Assembly: GCA_964608765.1 (NCBI GenBank)
Contig: CAZSPD010000002.1
Coordinates: forward strand, 50,205-114,204
Direction: 5' to 3'
Origin: Candidatus Woesearchaeota archaeon
GTDB taxonomy: Archaea; Nanobdellota; Nanobdellia; Pacearchaeales; GW2011-AR1
DNA length: 64,000 bases
Positions 34,120 to 43,521 of this stretch are shown here, in pieces. The notes under the pieces were generated by a model. It did no database searches. It was not told the origin of the DNA and saw only the letters and a program-made list of their open reading frames with translations. Numbering within the stretch: position 1 is the first letter of the stretch; each line of letters starts with the position of its first letter. The position numbers were made by a program, and so were the translations under genes.

Positions 34120-35394
34120 ATGAAAATTGTTAATGGAAAATATAAAGAATACCGATTAAACAATGGATTAGTAGTAGCTCTTCAAAACACTCCTACCAGA
34201 ACAATATCAGGAAGATTAAGAGTGAATATAGGGTCTTATCATGAAAAGGAGGGTGAAGAAGGACTAGCGCACTTACTAGAACACTGTGTTGTTATGGGAG
34301 GAAGTAAAAAATACACTCCTCAGCAAGGAGATGAAATAGTAGACTCACTAGGCTATACTAACGCATCAACAGGTATTGATAAAACTTTTTTTAAAGGAGA
34401 AATGTTGAATGAAGATGTTAGTATTTGGTTAGATTATATTTCAGACCATGTGTTTAATCCTAGATTAGACTTAAAAAGGGTTAATGGAGAAAAGGAAAGA
34501 GTTCTTAGAGAAATATCTGATGAAAAAAGTCATTATTCATATTTAATTGAAAAAGAACTTGCAAAAACATTTTACAGAGGACATCCTCTTGAAAAGGAAA
34601 TACTTGGAAAGGAAGAGGTTGTAAAAAACGCGAGCTTAGAAAAAATGTTAGAATTTCATTCTAGAGGATATCATCCAAATAACATGGAGCTGATTCTTGT
34701 AGGGGGTTTACCAGGAAATATTGATGAAATTATAGAAAATTACTTTGGAAAATATAAAAAAGGAAAAGAAACTAGAGTAAAATTCCCAAAACTAAAACCT
34801 TTAGAAGGTGTACGTAAATTACACTTCTCTGCTCCTAGTTTAATTAATCACGATAATCCAGAACAAAGTTCAGCAATTTTACTTTTAAACTATGCTGGAC
34901 CTATAGGAGAAGGCATTGATGTATATTCAACTATTGCAATGAGCCACTTTCTTGGAGGAGACACTAGTTCTTACTTGCATAAAGAACTAGGATTAAAAAG
35001 AGGGTTAGCTTATGCTGTAAGTGCTAATTATAGGCAATCATCCAATGTAGGAAAAGGACTTGTTTCTGCAAAAGTCCCAATATATAGAGCAGAAGAAGCT
35101 ATTTATTCAATTTTTGATGTTTTTAAAAAAATGAAAGACCAAGTCCTAGATTCAAAAAGAGTTAGTGATTTTAAGAAAAAAGTTAGATATTCTACAGCAA
35201 AAAATTTTGAATCTAATTCAGGGCATATTGAAGCTATTGAGTCCAAATTAGATTTTGGAATTTCCCCTGAAGAAAACTTTGAGAATTGGAATAAAGTAAC
35301 TCCAAAAACAATACACGAAGCTGCAAATAAATATCTTCCTGAAGAAAGTGGGAATTATGTTTTATGTCTTGTAAATCCTCTTAAAGAAGAATGA
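34120..35394 (+). CDS. M16-family (pitrilysin/insulinase-like) zinc peptidase
   Basis: Inverted zincin motif HLLEHCVVMGG (HxxEH) near the N-terminus; 424 aa with a two-domain layout. Confidence 0.85.
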   Translation: MKIVNGKYKEYRLNNGLVVALQNTPTRTISGRLRVNIGSYHEKEGEEGLAHLLEHCVVMGGSKKYTPQQGDEIVDSLGYTNASTGIDKTFFKGEMLNEDVSIWLDYISDHVFNPRLDLKRVNGEKERVLREISDEKSHYSYLIEKELAKTFYRGHPLEKEILGKEEVVKNASLEKMLEFHSRGYHPNNMELILVGGLPGNIDEIIENYFGKYKKGKETRVKFPKLKPLEGVRKLHFSAPSLINHDNPEQSSAILLLNYAGPIGEGIDVYSTIAMSHFLGGDTSSYLHKELGLKRGLAYAVSANYRQSSNVGKGLVSAKVPIYRAEEAIYSIFDVFKKMKDQVLDSKRVSDFKKKVRYSTAKNFESNSGHIEAIESKLDFGISPEENFENWNKVTPKTIHEAANKYLPEESGNYVLCLVNPLKEE

Positions 35395-35461
35395 GGGGAA
35401 ATGAAGAAGAATAAACACAATTCTCCAGAGAATATTTAAAGATTGTTTAATAAATAAGAAT

Positions 35462-35800
35462 ATGGAACAGGTGCTTTTAGACACAAATTTTATTTTAACT
35501 TGTATAAAACAAAAAATAGACTTTTTTGAAGAATTTTATTTGGCTGGAATCCAGGTAATTATCCCTAAAGAGGTTGTAGGTGAACTTGAAAAATTAAAGA
35601 AAATTTCTGCACTGAAGCTTTTAGAAAAAAACAAGTATAAAACCCTTGAATTAGGTGGGAAAAATGTGGATAATGCAATAGTTAATTTTGCTAAAAAGAA
35701 TCCAGATGTAATTATTGCAACATTAGATAGGGAAATTAGGAATAAAATTAAAAATAAAAAAGCATCTATAAGAGGTAAAAAGATAATTGAGATACACTAA
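35462..35800 (+). CDS. PIN-domain ribonuclease, Fcf1/Utp24-like
   Basis: VLLDTNFIL and IATLDREIRNKI. It sits immediately upstream of rpo7, as in the conserved archaeal gene order. Confidence 0.65.
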   Translation: MEQVLLDTNFILTCIKQKIDFFEEFYLAGIQVIIPKEVVGELEKLKKISALKLLEKNKYKTLELGGKNVDNAIVNFAKKNPDVIIATLDREIRNKIKNKKASIRGKKIIEIH

Positions 35801-35864
35801 TAAAGTCTTTTAAATACTAACCGAAGAGCTTTTAAACCAATTTTTACTCTAATTTTCAATTAAA

Positions 35865-36485
35865 ATGTTTTATTTAACTGAAGTCGAAGACTATGTAAGG
35901 GTTGAACCAAAATTATTTGGATTACCAACAGTAGAAGCTGTTGACCAGCAACTCAGAGAAATTTATTCTAATTATTATAATAAAGATTTAGGAAGGTCAG
36001 TTGCTGTTATAGAAGTTCTTGAAGTTGGAGAAGGGGTTATAATTCCTGGAGATGGTGCAACTTACTATAATTCAAAGTTTAAACTTCTTGTCTGGAAACC
36101 TGAATTACAAGAATTAGTTTATGGTGAAATTGCTGAAATAACAAAGTTTGGTGCATTTATTGACATGGGGTCTATGAAAGGAATGATTCATATAAGCCAG
36201 ACAATGGATGATTTTGTAAGCTTTAGTAAAACTAATGTATTGTCAGGTAAAATGTCTAAGAGGAATTTGAAGCAAGGAGACATGTGCATGGCTAGAATAG
36301 TTGCAATTTCTCATAAAGGAGATGAGCCTAAAATAGGATTAACAATGAGGCAACCAGGTTTAGGAAAACTTGAATGGATTAAAGAAGATGCTATAAAGAA
36401 AGAGAAAGAAGCTGAAAAAGCAGAAAGATTAGCTGCAAAAGGTGAAACAAAAGAAAAGAAAGGAAAAGGAGATAAAAAGAAATAA
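35865..36485 (+). CDS. rpo7: DNA-directed RNA polymerase subunit E' (Rpo7) with an S1 domain
   Basis: The N-terminal MFYLTEVEDYVRVEP pattern and S1 domain GEIAEITKFGAFIDMG, plus a K/E-rich C-terminal tail. Confidence 0.85.
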   Translation: MFYLTEVEDYVRVEPKLFGLPTVEAVDQQLREIYSNYYNKDLGRSVAVIEVLEVGEGVIIPGDGATYYNSKFKLLVWKPELQELVYGEIAEITKFGAFIDMGSMKGMIHISQTMDDFVSFSKTNVLSGKMSKRNLKQGDMCMARIVAISHKGDEPKIGLTMRQPGLGKLEWIKEDAIKKEKEAEKAERLAAKGETKEKKGKGDKKK

Positions 36486-36486
36486 A

Positions 36487-36681
36487 ATGGCAAAAACAAA
36501 AGCATGTAAACTATGTTCAACAATTCTTGAAGAAGGAGGAGATAAGTGTCCTAACTGTGGTTCAAAGGAATTAACAGAAAACTTTAAAGGGCGCGCTGTT
36601 ATTTTAGATCCTGAAAAATCTGAAATTGCAAATAAATTAAACTTAAAAGAAAAAGGAAATTTTGCAATAAAAGCTCGTTAA
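36487..36681 (+). CDS. spt4: Transcription elongation factor Spt4 (RpoE'')
   Basis: 64 aa, zinc ribbon CKLCSTIL...CPNCGS. The start is at 36487, one nt after the rpo7 stop; the longer ORF-track start at 36442 lies inside rpo7. Confidence 0.8.
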   Translation: MAKTKACKLCSTILEEGGDKCPNCGSKELTENFKGRAVILDPEKSEIANKLNLKEKGNFAIKAR

Positions 36682-36696
36682 AATAAACTAATTCAA

Positions 36697-37059
36697 ATGG
36701 AAATAAAAAATATTGAAGAAATAAAAAATCCTGTCTTTGAAAGGAAAGAAGTACAAGTACTAGTAGTTACTGAAATAACACCTTCTTATAAAGAAGCTTT
36801 AGGTGCACTTGCAAAAAAATTTTCTGTGTCAGAGGATTCAATAAAAATTAAAGGAATCTATGGTAAGTTTGGAATAAAAGAATTTGAAATAAAAGCACAT
36901 GTTTACAAGTCTAAAGAAGAAAAAGATAAAATAGAAAAAAAGACTAAGAAAGAGATAGAGGAAGAAAAGAAAGCTGTTGAAGCAGCTAAAAAAGCAGCTC
37001 AAGAAGCTAAAAAAGCTGAGGAAGAAAAGAAACCTGAAGGAGAGAGTAAAGGAGAATAA
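36697..37059 (+). CDS. rps24e: 30S ribosomal protein S24e
   Basis: EIKNPVFERKEVQVLV...TPSYKEALGALAKKF...IKGIYGKFGIKEFEIKAHVY matches the S24e pattern, plus a K/E/A-rich tail. Confidence 0.85.
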   Translation: MEIKNIEEIKNPVFERKEVQVLVVTEITPSYKEALGALAKKFSVSEDSIKIKGIYGKFGIKEFEIKAHVYKSKEEKDKIEKKTKKEIEEEKKAVEAAKKAAQEAKKAEEEKKPEGESKGE

Positions 37060-37064
37060 ATAAA

Positions 37065-37280
37065 ATGGCAAAAAAGAAAGTTGTAAAAAAAGGAAAAAAG
37101 AAACACGTGAATAAACCTACAAGTAAAAAATATTCAAAATATAAAATAGAAGGAGATAAAGTTACACGAACTCATAAATTCTGTCCAAGATGTGGGCCTG
37201 GTGTATTTTTAATGAATTCTAAAGGAAGATTGTATTGTGGGAAGTGCCATTATACTGAGTTTACAGTTAAGAGTAATTAA
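37065..37280 (+). CDS. rps27ae: 30S ribosomal protein S27ae
   Basis: Zinc ribbon CPRCGPGVFL...CGKCHYT; 71 aa, basic N-terminus. Confidence 0.85.
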   Translation: MAKKKVVKKGKKKHVNKPTSKKYSKYKIEGDKVTRTHKFCPRCGPGVFLMNSKGRLYCGKCHYTEFTVKSN

Positions 37281-37335
37281 ATAAAATTCTTCCAAGCAAA
37301 TTAGAATTAAAAGCTGCTAGTTAATCTCATTTTAT

Positions 37336-38112
37336 TCAAACTCTTTGCAGTTTTCTAAGTTTTCTTTTTGATTTATTTTTTCCTGAATTAAATTTGAAAA
37401 ATAAAAGGAATGCTCCTAAAAAAATTAAATAAATACCAATAAAACTTTTCCAAAATGACTCAGATGAATTAATCACATTGCCTGTAATTAGAGTGAAACC
37501 AGAAGAAGTAATTAAAATATATGAGCCTATTAAAAATAAACTAGTGATTCCTATTGAAAGGAGAGTGTCTATTGTTTTTGAAGATTTCTTTTTGAAAGCG
37601 TTTTTCTTAAAATCATACATCATTTCATCTTTTAAATCTTCAAATCTTTTGTATGGTTTGAATGTTTCTTTAGAAGTAGCAAGATATGTTCCTCCATCTA
37701 TCTCTTCTCCAGAAAAATCTAATTTAGAATTGTTTTTTAAATTTTTAACTTTATCCCAAGGAACTAAAAACATTTTTACAAATGCCCAGTTATCAGGGTC
37801 TTCATTATATCCATAATCTCTTTGAGATAAAACTCTTAAACCAATTTCAGGATTTTCAGAAAGTCTGTAAATACTGTTTATCCCTGAGTCTCCTTTTGGT
37901 CCAATTCCTGCAAAATATCCTCCTATACTCCCGCGAAAATGCTTAACTTCTTTAGCAAATTTATTTTTTATAAACTGCTCGTCTAGATATTTTAAAAAAT
38001 CATAGGCAAAATTACCTTGTAATTTTTCTCCTTTTTTCATACTATTTACTAATGAAGCATTGTTTAAAAATATATCAAAATGTTTTTGCTTCTTATAATT
38101 GTGATTTTCCAC
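37336..38112 (-). CDS. Hypothetical protein with a C-terminal TM hairpin
   Basis: Soluble N-terminal domain, then TM-LITGNVINS-TM and a basic tail. Confidence 0.45.
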   Translation of the reverse strand: MENHNYKKQKHFDIFLNNASLVNSMKKGEKLQGNFAYDFLKYLDEQFIKNKFAKEVKHFRGSIGGYFAGIGPKGDSGINSIYRLSENPEIGLRVLSQRDYGYNEDPDNWAFVKMFLVPWDKVKNLKNNSKLDFSGEEIDGGTYLATSKETFKPYKRFEDLKDEMMYDFKKNAFKKKSSKTIDTLLSIGITSLFLIGSYILITSSGFTLITGNVINSSESFWKSFIGIYLIFLGAFLLFFKFNSGKNKSKRKLRKLQRV

Positions 38113-38157
38113 CTTCTAAAGTTTTCAAATTTCTTAGAATTAAATTTAATTTTTCTT

Positions 38158-38388
38158 CTACTTTTTCTTTTGGAAGAGACTAAAGATTAAGTAGACAAAA
38201 ATTAGTTCTATTATAAAAAGAGGAATGTTTGAAAGAGGCTTTGATAGATTTATTAAATTTAGAAAATTTCTGACTAGTGATGGAAGTTCTGCATTTCCAA
38301 CATTTATAAAAAAGAGTGGAACCCAGAAAACAACCAATGTAATAATTATGCTCAAAATCACCTTCCATTTAGTTGGTTTAAAGTTCAT
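38158..38388 (-). CDS. Small membrane protein (paralog of 9560-9865)
   Basis: MNFKPTKWKVI...IELIFVYLIFSLFQKKK matches both ends of the 9560 ORF. Confidence 0.5.
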   Translation of the reverse strand: MNFKPTKWKVILSIIITLVVFWVPLFFINVGNAELPSLVRNFLNLINLSKPLSNIPLFIIELIFVYLIFSLFQKKK

Positions 38389-38490
38389 ATAGTAATATTG
38401 TATTTAATGTTTATAAATCTTTTTGTGATTTAGTTGATATTTAATCTGTTTTACTAAAACTTTTTTTGGGAAAGGTTAATATAGTTGTTT

Positions 38491-38796
38491 TTAATCTTTT
38501 ATATATGGATTTTGAATGGATAATAACTGAGGAAGATATAAAATTACTAAAGGATATTTACAAGAGTCCCATCCAGAAACACCACTTATTGAATCCTTAA
38601 AAGAGAATTTTGCAATAGATATTGAGAGGTTTTCACATCTGTATATTTTACCTGCAGTGTAATGTCCAAGTTCATGAATCACAATCCCTGCTGTTTGAAG
38701 AACTATTGAAAAAATCAATATCCAAACTAAAAGAACTAGCCAAGACTTTAAGAGTTTCTTAAGTTTTTTGTGTAGTTTAATATATTTCTTTTCCAC
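38491..38796 (-). CDS. Small membrane protein with an HExxH motif (putative zincin-like)
   Basis: TM helix followed by VIHELGHYTAGK. At 101 aa it may be truncated. Confidence 0.4.
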   Translation of the reverse strand: MEKKYIKLHKKLKKLLKSWLVLLVWILIFSIVLQTAGIVIHELGHYTAGKIYRCENLSISIAKFSFKDSISGVSGWDSCKYPLVILYLPQLLSIQNPYIKD

Positions 38797-38906
38797 ATTA
38801 TTTATTAGAAGAGAGTATATTTATTTCTTCTGTCTTCTAGACTTATACTATTTAAAGTGATATCTAAATAAGCTTAAAGCAAAATAAATTGATATAGAAT
38901 ACTTTC

Positions 38907-39878
38907 TTAATTCAATCTTCCAAAAGTTTTTTTAATCCACTCTGAAATTGCGTCGAAAAATCCTTTTTTACAAGAAAAATCATCAGCACATTCGCAATTT
39001 TTAGTTTCTGATTTTAACACTCCATTATCACAATAATATTCAGTTAAAACACCATTTGAGCAACTATCTGTTTTTGAGTTTTCAGTTCTTCCATCAATAG
39101 TTTCAAGATATTCTGTTGCAGTTCCTTTTTTATAATAATTTCTTCCCCATTTTCCAAGAGAAAGTTCTAACACAGTGTTTCCAACAGTGTAAGAATCTGT
39201 ATCGATGCATGAAGAAAGGCTTCCCATAGAAACACTAGCTTGAACTATATTACTATCTCCTATTAAAGGATTAGCATAAAACCATACTCCAGAGTTGAAT
39301 GTTCCTATCTCTTCTTTATCTAGATTAGTAACACTAGCTATAGAAGCTATTTGATTCTGGCTTACATCTGAATAATTAACTTCCCCTTTATATAAATAAA
39401 TCCCAGCATCATTTCCTGTTTTTATCTCGCTCGGTCCTCCATACCAGCTTGCATTTTCATTGAAAATTAAGTATTTAACAATATATCCTCCTTCAAAGTG
39501 TACTTCATCTCCTGGAGAAAGAGAATAATTTCCTAGGCCTTGATATATTTTAAATTCTTTTTTATAACAGAAAAGGGGATAAGGGCATGCTAATGGTGAA
39601 GCTCTTAATCCGTAATTTAAAGGGCCTATTCCTTCAAATGAACTAAAATCAAAAACTGAACAAGTGTATCCTTCAGTGTTCTCACATGGGAACTCTCCAA
39701 TAGGGGTGCAACAATAAGAATCAACAGGGTATCCGTCACAACTATAGGATTTAATACTATATGTTGCTGGACAACTCTTGACACAAATCCCTTTATTATC
39801 TGTACATTCGTTTGCAGAAATAAATCCAACACTTAAAGTTAAAGATAACATTAAGAATAATAACATCTCCTTTTTCAT
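38907..39878 (-). CDS. Secreted cysteine-rich protein
   Basis: N-terminal signal-like MKKEMLLFLMLSLTLSVGFISA. Cys-rich N- and C-terminal modules (CSNGVLTEYYCDNGVLKSETKNCEC). Confidence 0.55.
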   Translation of the reverse strand: MKKEMLLFLMLSLTLSVGFISANECTDNKGICVKSCPATYSIKSYSCDGYPVDSYCCTPIGEFPCENTEGYTCSVFDFSSFEGIGPLNYGLRASPLACPYPLFCYKKEFKIYQGLGNYSLSPGDEVHFEGGYIVKYLIFNENASWYGGPSEIKTGNDAGIYLYKGEVNYSDVSQNQIASIASVTNLDKEEIGTFNSGVWFYANPLIGDSNIVQASVSMGSLSSCIDTDSYTVGNTVLELSLGKWGRNYYKKGTATEYLETIDGRTENSKTDSCSNGVLTEYYCDNGVLKSETKNCECADDFSCKKGFFDAISEWIKKTFGRLN

Positions 39879-40006
39879 TATTTAAAGAGTAAATCAAGGT
39901 TTATAAATCTTTTATCTGGATTATTTTTTGTTTTTTATTTAACAAAGATATTCAAAAATTATGTAAGATATGTGTAGCATTTAATATTTCAGAACAGAAC
40001 TCTTTT

Positions 40007-40354
40007 CTATTCATAAGTTATAGCAGGGCTTTTTTCAGTAATTCTGGGAATTATTATACTTGCAGATTCTCTTTCATTCCCGTCACCAACAACAAATCTC
40101 ATAGTTGCTCTGTTATTCCTAAAATTAAATATCTCCACCTTAAATTCTGTTATTTTGGAGAGAACTATCATCTTGGAAAGTACTGCTTTAAATAATTCAG
40201 ATGCATTAAATATTTCAATTGAGGTTAAATTACCTTTTTTATCAAAATCAAAGACAAAGTCTCCTATCTCAACAGCACCATTAGATTTAGATCCTTCTAA
40301 ATAGACAAATAAGCTATCATTTTCTTTATCATAATCAAATTTAAATTCTTGCAT
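40007..40354 (-). CDS. DUF2283-like protein
   Basis: FDYDKENDSLFVYLEG...FDFDKKGNLTSIEIFNASE resembles the DUF2283 pattern. Confidence 0.5.
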   Translation of the reverse strand: MQEFKFDYDKENDSLFVYLEGSKSNGAVEIGDFVFDFDKKGNLTSIEIFNASELFKAVLSKMIVLSKITEFKVEIFNFRNNRATMRFVVGDGNERESASIIIPRITEKSPAITYE

Positions 40355-40458
40355 TTTATACCCTTATTATCTTCTGCCAATCTCCATATTCTACTCTTAA
40401 AAAGTAATTAAAAAAAGATTGATTTAATACTCCCCTAGAGATTAAACAAACCCCTATT

Positions 40459-40782
40459 TTAGATATCTCCATTTATTCCTTCGATAAGTATATCATTTAG
40501 TTTCTTTATCTTTTCCCCAGACAATCCAATCAAGATTAACTTATTGGCTGTGGGGATATAAAAAGCATAACCTTTTGGAGGAGAACCCATTAAAGAAAAA
40601 ACATAAGTGCCAATTTTTCCATAATCATTTTTTATCTTTGTTACTATTAATTCCCTCTCTAAATCCTCTTTTTTGACCCCGTTATATATCTTACATATCT
40701 CTCTTTTTATCCAGTCATAATTAACTCTCCAATAAATCCCTTTACGCAATTCTCTTCTTGGATTAAACTTATTGCTCTTCAT
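40459..40782 (-). CDS. Hypothetical protein
   Basis: 107-aa ORF, no motif. Confidence 0.35.
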   Translation of the reverse strand: MKSNKFNPRRELRKGIYWRVNYDWIKREICKIYNGVKKEDLERELIVTKIKNDYGKIGTYVFSLMGSPPKGYAFYIPTANKLILIGLSGEKIKKLNDILIEGINGDI

Positions 40783-40882
40783 AGTTTAATCTAAGCTGTG
40801 TAATATTTATACATTTATAATCATTTAAAGAGGGCAACTTGGACTCTAGTAATCCTTAAATAGTTTAGTAATCTCAAAATTT

Positions 40883-41347
40883 ATGGACAAAAAAGATGAA
40901 AAAGATGTCTTACAAAAGATAGATATTTTAATAGAAGGTATGTACCCTCCTATAAAATCTGGGAGCAAATCTATGTGGGACAACAAAGCCCATGCTAAGA
41001 GAATTGTCTCTCTAAGAAAAGAGCTTGCAAAAAAAATTAAAGAGTCCACTAGACCAATTAAAGACTTTTTAGAATTAAACATCTTCGTATACATCCCTAA
41101 AAATAAAATAGATAGAAGAATAGACTTGGATAATCTTATAACAGGAGTATGTGATTCTTTACAAGATGCTAAAACAAAGGATTTTGATAAGATATTTGAA
41201 GAACCAGAAAATAAAGATGTAGATCCTAAAATAACTTTTATAGAAGATGATAAGCAAATAATTAAAATTATAGCTGAAAAAAGAGTGACCACTAAAGATA
41301 AGGAGTATTACAGAGTTATTTTAAAAAAAGCTGATTTAAAAGATTAA
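40883..41347 (+). CDS. RusA-like crossover junction endodeoxyribonuclease
   Basis: DRRIDLDNLITGVCDSLQDA and FIEDDKQIIKI match the RusA catalytic pattern (RRxDLDNL...DAL...DD.Q). The antisense ORF at 40846-41292 is a low-complexity artefact. Confidence 0.7.
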   Translation: MDKKDEKDVLQKIDILIEGMYPPIKSGSKSMWDNKAHAKRIVSLRKELAKKIKESTRPIKDFLELNIFVYIPKNKIDRRIDLDNLITGVCDSLQDAKTKDFDKIFEEPENKDVDPKITFIEDDKQIIKIIAEKRVTTKDKEYYRVILKKADLKD

Positions 41348-41386
41348 TTTAGTAAAGTTTAAAGGCTTTGATTCCTTTCAAAGTTA

Positions 41387-41995
41387 ATGGATAAATTCTG
41401 CAATGTGTGTAAAAAAGAAATTACTGAAGAAGTATATGCTTATTCTATGAAAAATTATTCAAGGGCATTATGTAGGGAGCATCAGCCTAATCAAATAAAA
41501 AAACAATATACTCCTAAAAGAAAGCCAGAGCCTACTCCAGAAGCATTAAGGTTAGGAAATTTATTGAAGAGTATGGGCTATAAAATCGAATTTGAGAAAT
41601 ATGATGGATTTAAGCATATTGATATTGCGATTGTTGATAAAAAAGTAAATATTGAAGTTGATGGAAGTCAACATCATGGAACCAAACAAGCTTTAAGAGA
41701 TTTGAAAAGGACATACTATTCATGGAATAAGAATTTTGTGACATTAAGAATACCTAACTCACTTACTAAGGAAGGGACTATTGAAGAAACAGCAAAATAT
41801 ATTGACAAATTTCTAAAGAAAGACAGGGGACAATTAGAGAAAGAGATAAAAAAAGAATATATAGAAGAAGGAAATCCTTTTTGGGAAGATGTTAATAATT
41901 TTGTTAATGGAGTGAATAATATTATTAACAATGTAAGTGATGCTGTTAGTAGTGTGAGTAAGACATTTAGCAGTGCTTTAAAGAAATTTAAATAA
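41387..41995 (+). CDS. Zinc-finger plus DUF559/Vsr-like PD-(D/E)xK endonuclease domain protein
   Basis: N-terminal CNVCKK...CREH. Core KHIDIAIVDKKVNIEVDGSQHHG resembles DUF559 (D...IE.DG..H). Confidence 0.55.
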   Translation: MDKFCNVCKKEITEEVYAYSMKNYSRALCREHQPNQIKKQYTPKRKPEPTPEALRLGNLLKSMGYKIEFEKYDGFKHIDIAIVDKKVNIEVDGSQHHGTKQALRDLKRTYYSWNKNFVTLRIPNSLTKEGTIEETAKYIDKFLKKDRGQLEKEIKKEYIEEGNPFWEDVNNFVNGVNNIINNVSDAVSSVSKTFSSALKKFK

Positions 41996-42458
41996 AAAAG
42001 TTCGAACGCTTTGATATTCTGGGAATTTTATAAAGATAAGGAGGCTTTATCTTAGATAATTATAGTAAAAATGAAAATAGAGTTTCAGTAAAACCCTGAT
42101 TGAATGACAGGTTTCACCTTTTGAAATGTATTTTATCATAAAGAATTGAAACTGATGATAAAACCCTGGGAGATTCTTCAAGCCAACAAAAAGCAGACCT
42201 GAAGCGTCTCCTGGGTAAAAAGAGGTGATAATAAATGCAATACTATTAACTATTTAAATCTTTCGTTTCTGTTACTCTTTAAAAATGACACTCAGTGTTA
42301 AACATAGAGTAGTAATTAAATTTTCATTAGTCATTTAATAATGCTAAACTCTTGTTGTCTTTTTAGTCACTACACATATTTATATTAAAATATTATGTTA
42401 GTGAATTAAGCCCAGGGTATTTAAAAACATTTATATCCTTGTTTAATTTAAGTATAAA

Positions 42459-43487
42459 ATGGAAAAAAAAGAGGAGTTTTTTGATAATCCTTTGAGTTCT
42501 TTGAATGTAGTTGCTCAACCTGAGGTAGTTCAAACTCTAAGCCCTGTAAAAGTCAATGTAAAACAAGAAGAAATCCATGATTTATTATTTAGTAAAGAAA
42601 TAGGATGGAGAGATATTATTTATGATTTAATAAATACAGAGCAATTAGATCCCTGGGATGTTGATTTAACTATACTTACTGAAAAATACTTTCAAAGAAT
42701 ACAGGAAATGGAAGAAAAAAGTTTTTTTATATCGAGTAAAGTCCTTTTAGCTGCTTCTTTATTACTTAGGATAAAGTCTGAAATTCTCTTAAATAAATAC
42801 ATAAAGAGTATAGATGAGATTTTATTTGGAAATAAAGAGGAAATAAAAAAGACAACTATTGAAAGAATAGAATTAGATGAGGAAATACCTGAATTAATTC
42901 CAAGAAGCCCTTTACCTAGATTTAGAAAAGTAACACTGAATGAATTATTAGAATCTTTAAATAAAGCAATAATAACTGAAAATAGAAGAATAAAAAGGGA
43001 AATTGTAAATAAAAATGCTTTAAGGGAAAGTTCAATTTCTCTTCCAAAAAGAAAATTTAGTATAAAAGATAAGATACTTGAGATAGTAACTAGACTTGAA
43101 TTGCATTTTAATTCACAACAGGAAATAAAAAAGATAACTTATACTGAATTTGTAGGGCAAGAAAAAGAAAAGAGAATTGAGAATTTTTCACCTTTACTTC
43201 ACCTTGAAAATCAAAAGAAAATATGGCTTGAACAAGAAAGTCATTTTGAGGAAATATATATTTGGGAAAAGAAAAATTATTGGGAGAAAAATGGAGATCC
43301 ATTTAAAGATTTAATAACTGACTTAAAAAACGGAACATATCCTGAAGAACAAATATCTGACGAGGAGTTTAGTAAATTTGCAGAAAAAGATGAAATAGAT
43401 GAAGAATTAGAACTTGAGAAAAAGACTAAAAAATATCAAGCTAAAGAAAGTAGGAAAAAGAAAGAAAGAGATGAAGAAGAGTTTTAA
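42459..43487 (+). CDS. scpA: Segregation and condensation protein A (kleisin ScpA)
   Basis: LDPWDVDLTILTEKYFQRIQEM and LLAASLLLRIKSE match the ScpA N-terminus. Acidic/basic C-terminal tail. Confidence 0.75.
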   Translation: MEKKEEFFDNPLSSLNVVAQPEVVQTLSPVKVNVKQEEIHDLLFSKEIGWRDIIYDLINTEQLDPWDVDLTILTEKYFQRIQEMEEKSFFISSKVLLAASLLLRIKSEILLNKYIKSIDEILFGNKEEIKKTTIERIELDEEIPELIPRSPLPRFRKVTLNELLESLNKAIITENRRIKREIVNKNALRESSISLPKRKFSIKDKILEIVTRLELHFNSQQEIKKITYTEFVGQEKEKRIENFSPLLHLENQKKIWLEQESHFEEIYIWEKKNYWEKNGDPFKDLITDLKNGTYPEEQISDEEFSKFAEKDEIDEELELEKKTKKYQAKESRKKKERDEEEF

Positions 43488-43521
43488 TTAATCTTAAAAA
43501 CAATAGTCACCTAATAAATAC

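Noticed and set aside
36442-36486. Longer start for spt4 at 36442
   Set aside because: That extension is the out-of-frame 3' end of rpo7. The Spt4 zinc ribbon begins right after the ATG at 36487.
40846-41292. 148-aa minus-strand ORF opposite the RusA-like gene
   Set aside because: The plus-strand frame carries the RusA catalytic pattern RRIDLDNL...DD.Q. The minus-strand product is Ser/Leu/Ile/Phe low-complexity.
42081-42170. Possible CRISPR repeat or orphan array (GTTTCAG...TAAAACCCTG occurring twice)
   Set aside because: There are only two partial copies of a 10-mer at 70-nt spacing. There is no regular repeat-spacer periodicity and no cas gene. I treat it instead as possible RNA structure.
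42152-42203. C/D-box sRNA (CUGAUGA ... CUGA, about 50 nt apart)
   Set aside because: I found no convincing internal D'/C' boxes or terminal stem, and the C-box first position is not a purine. It is kept only as a remark within the structured-RNA finding.
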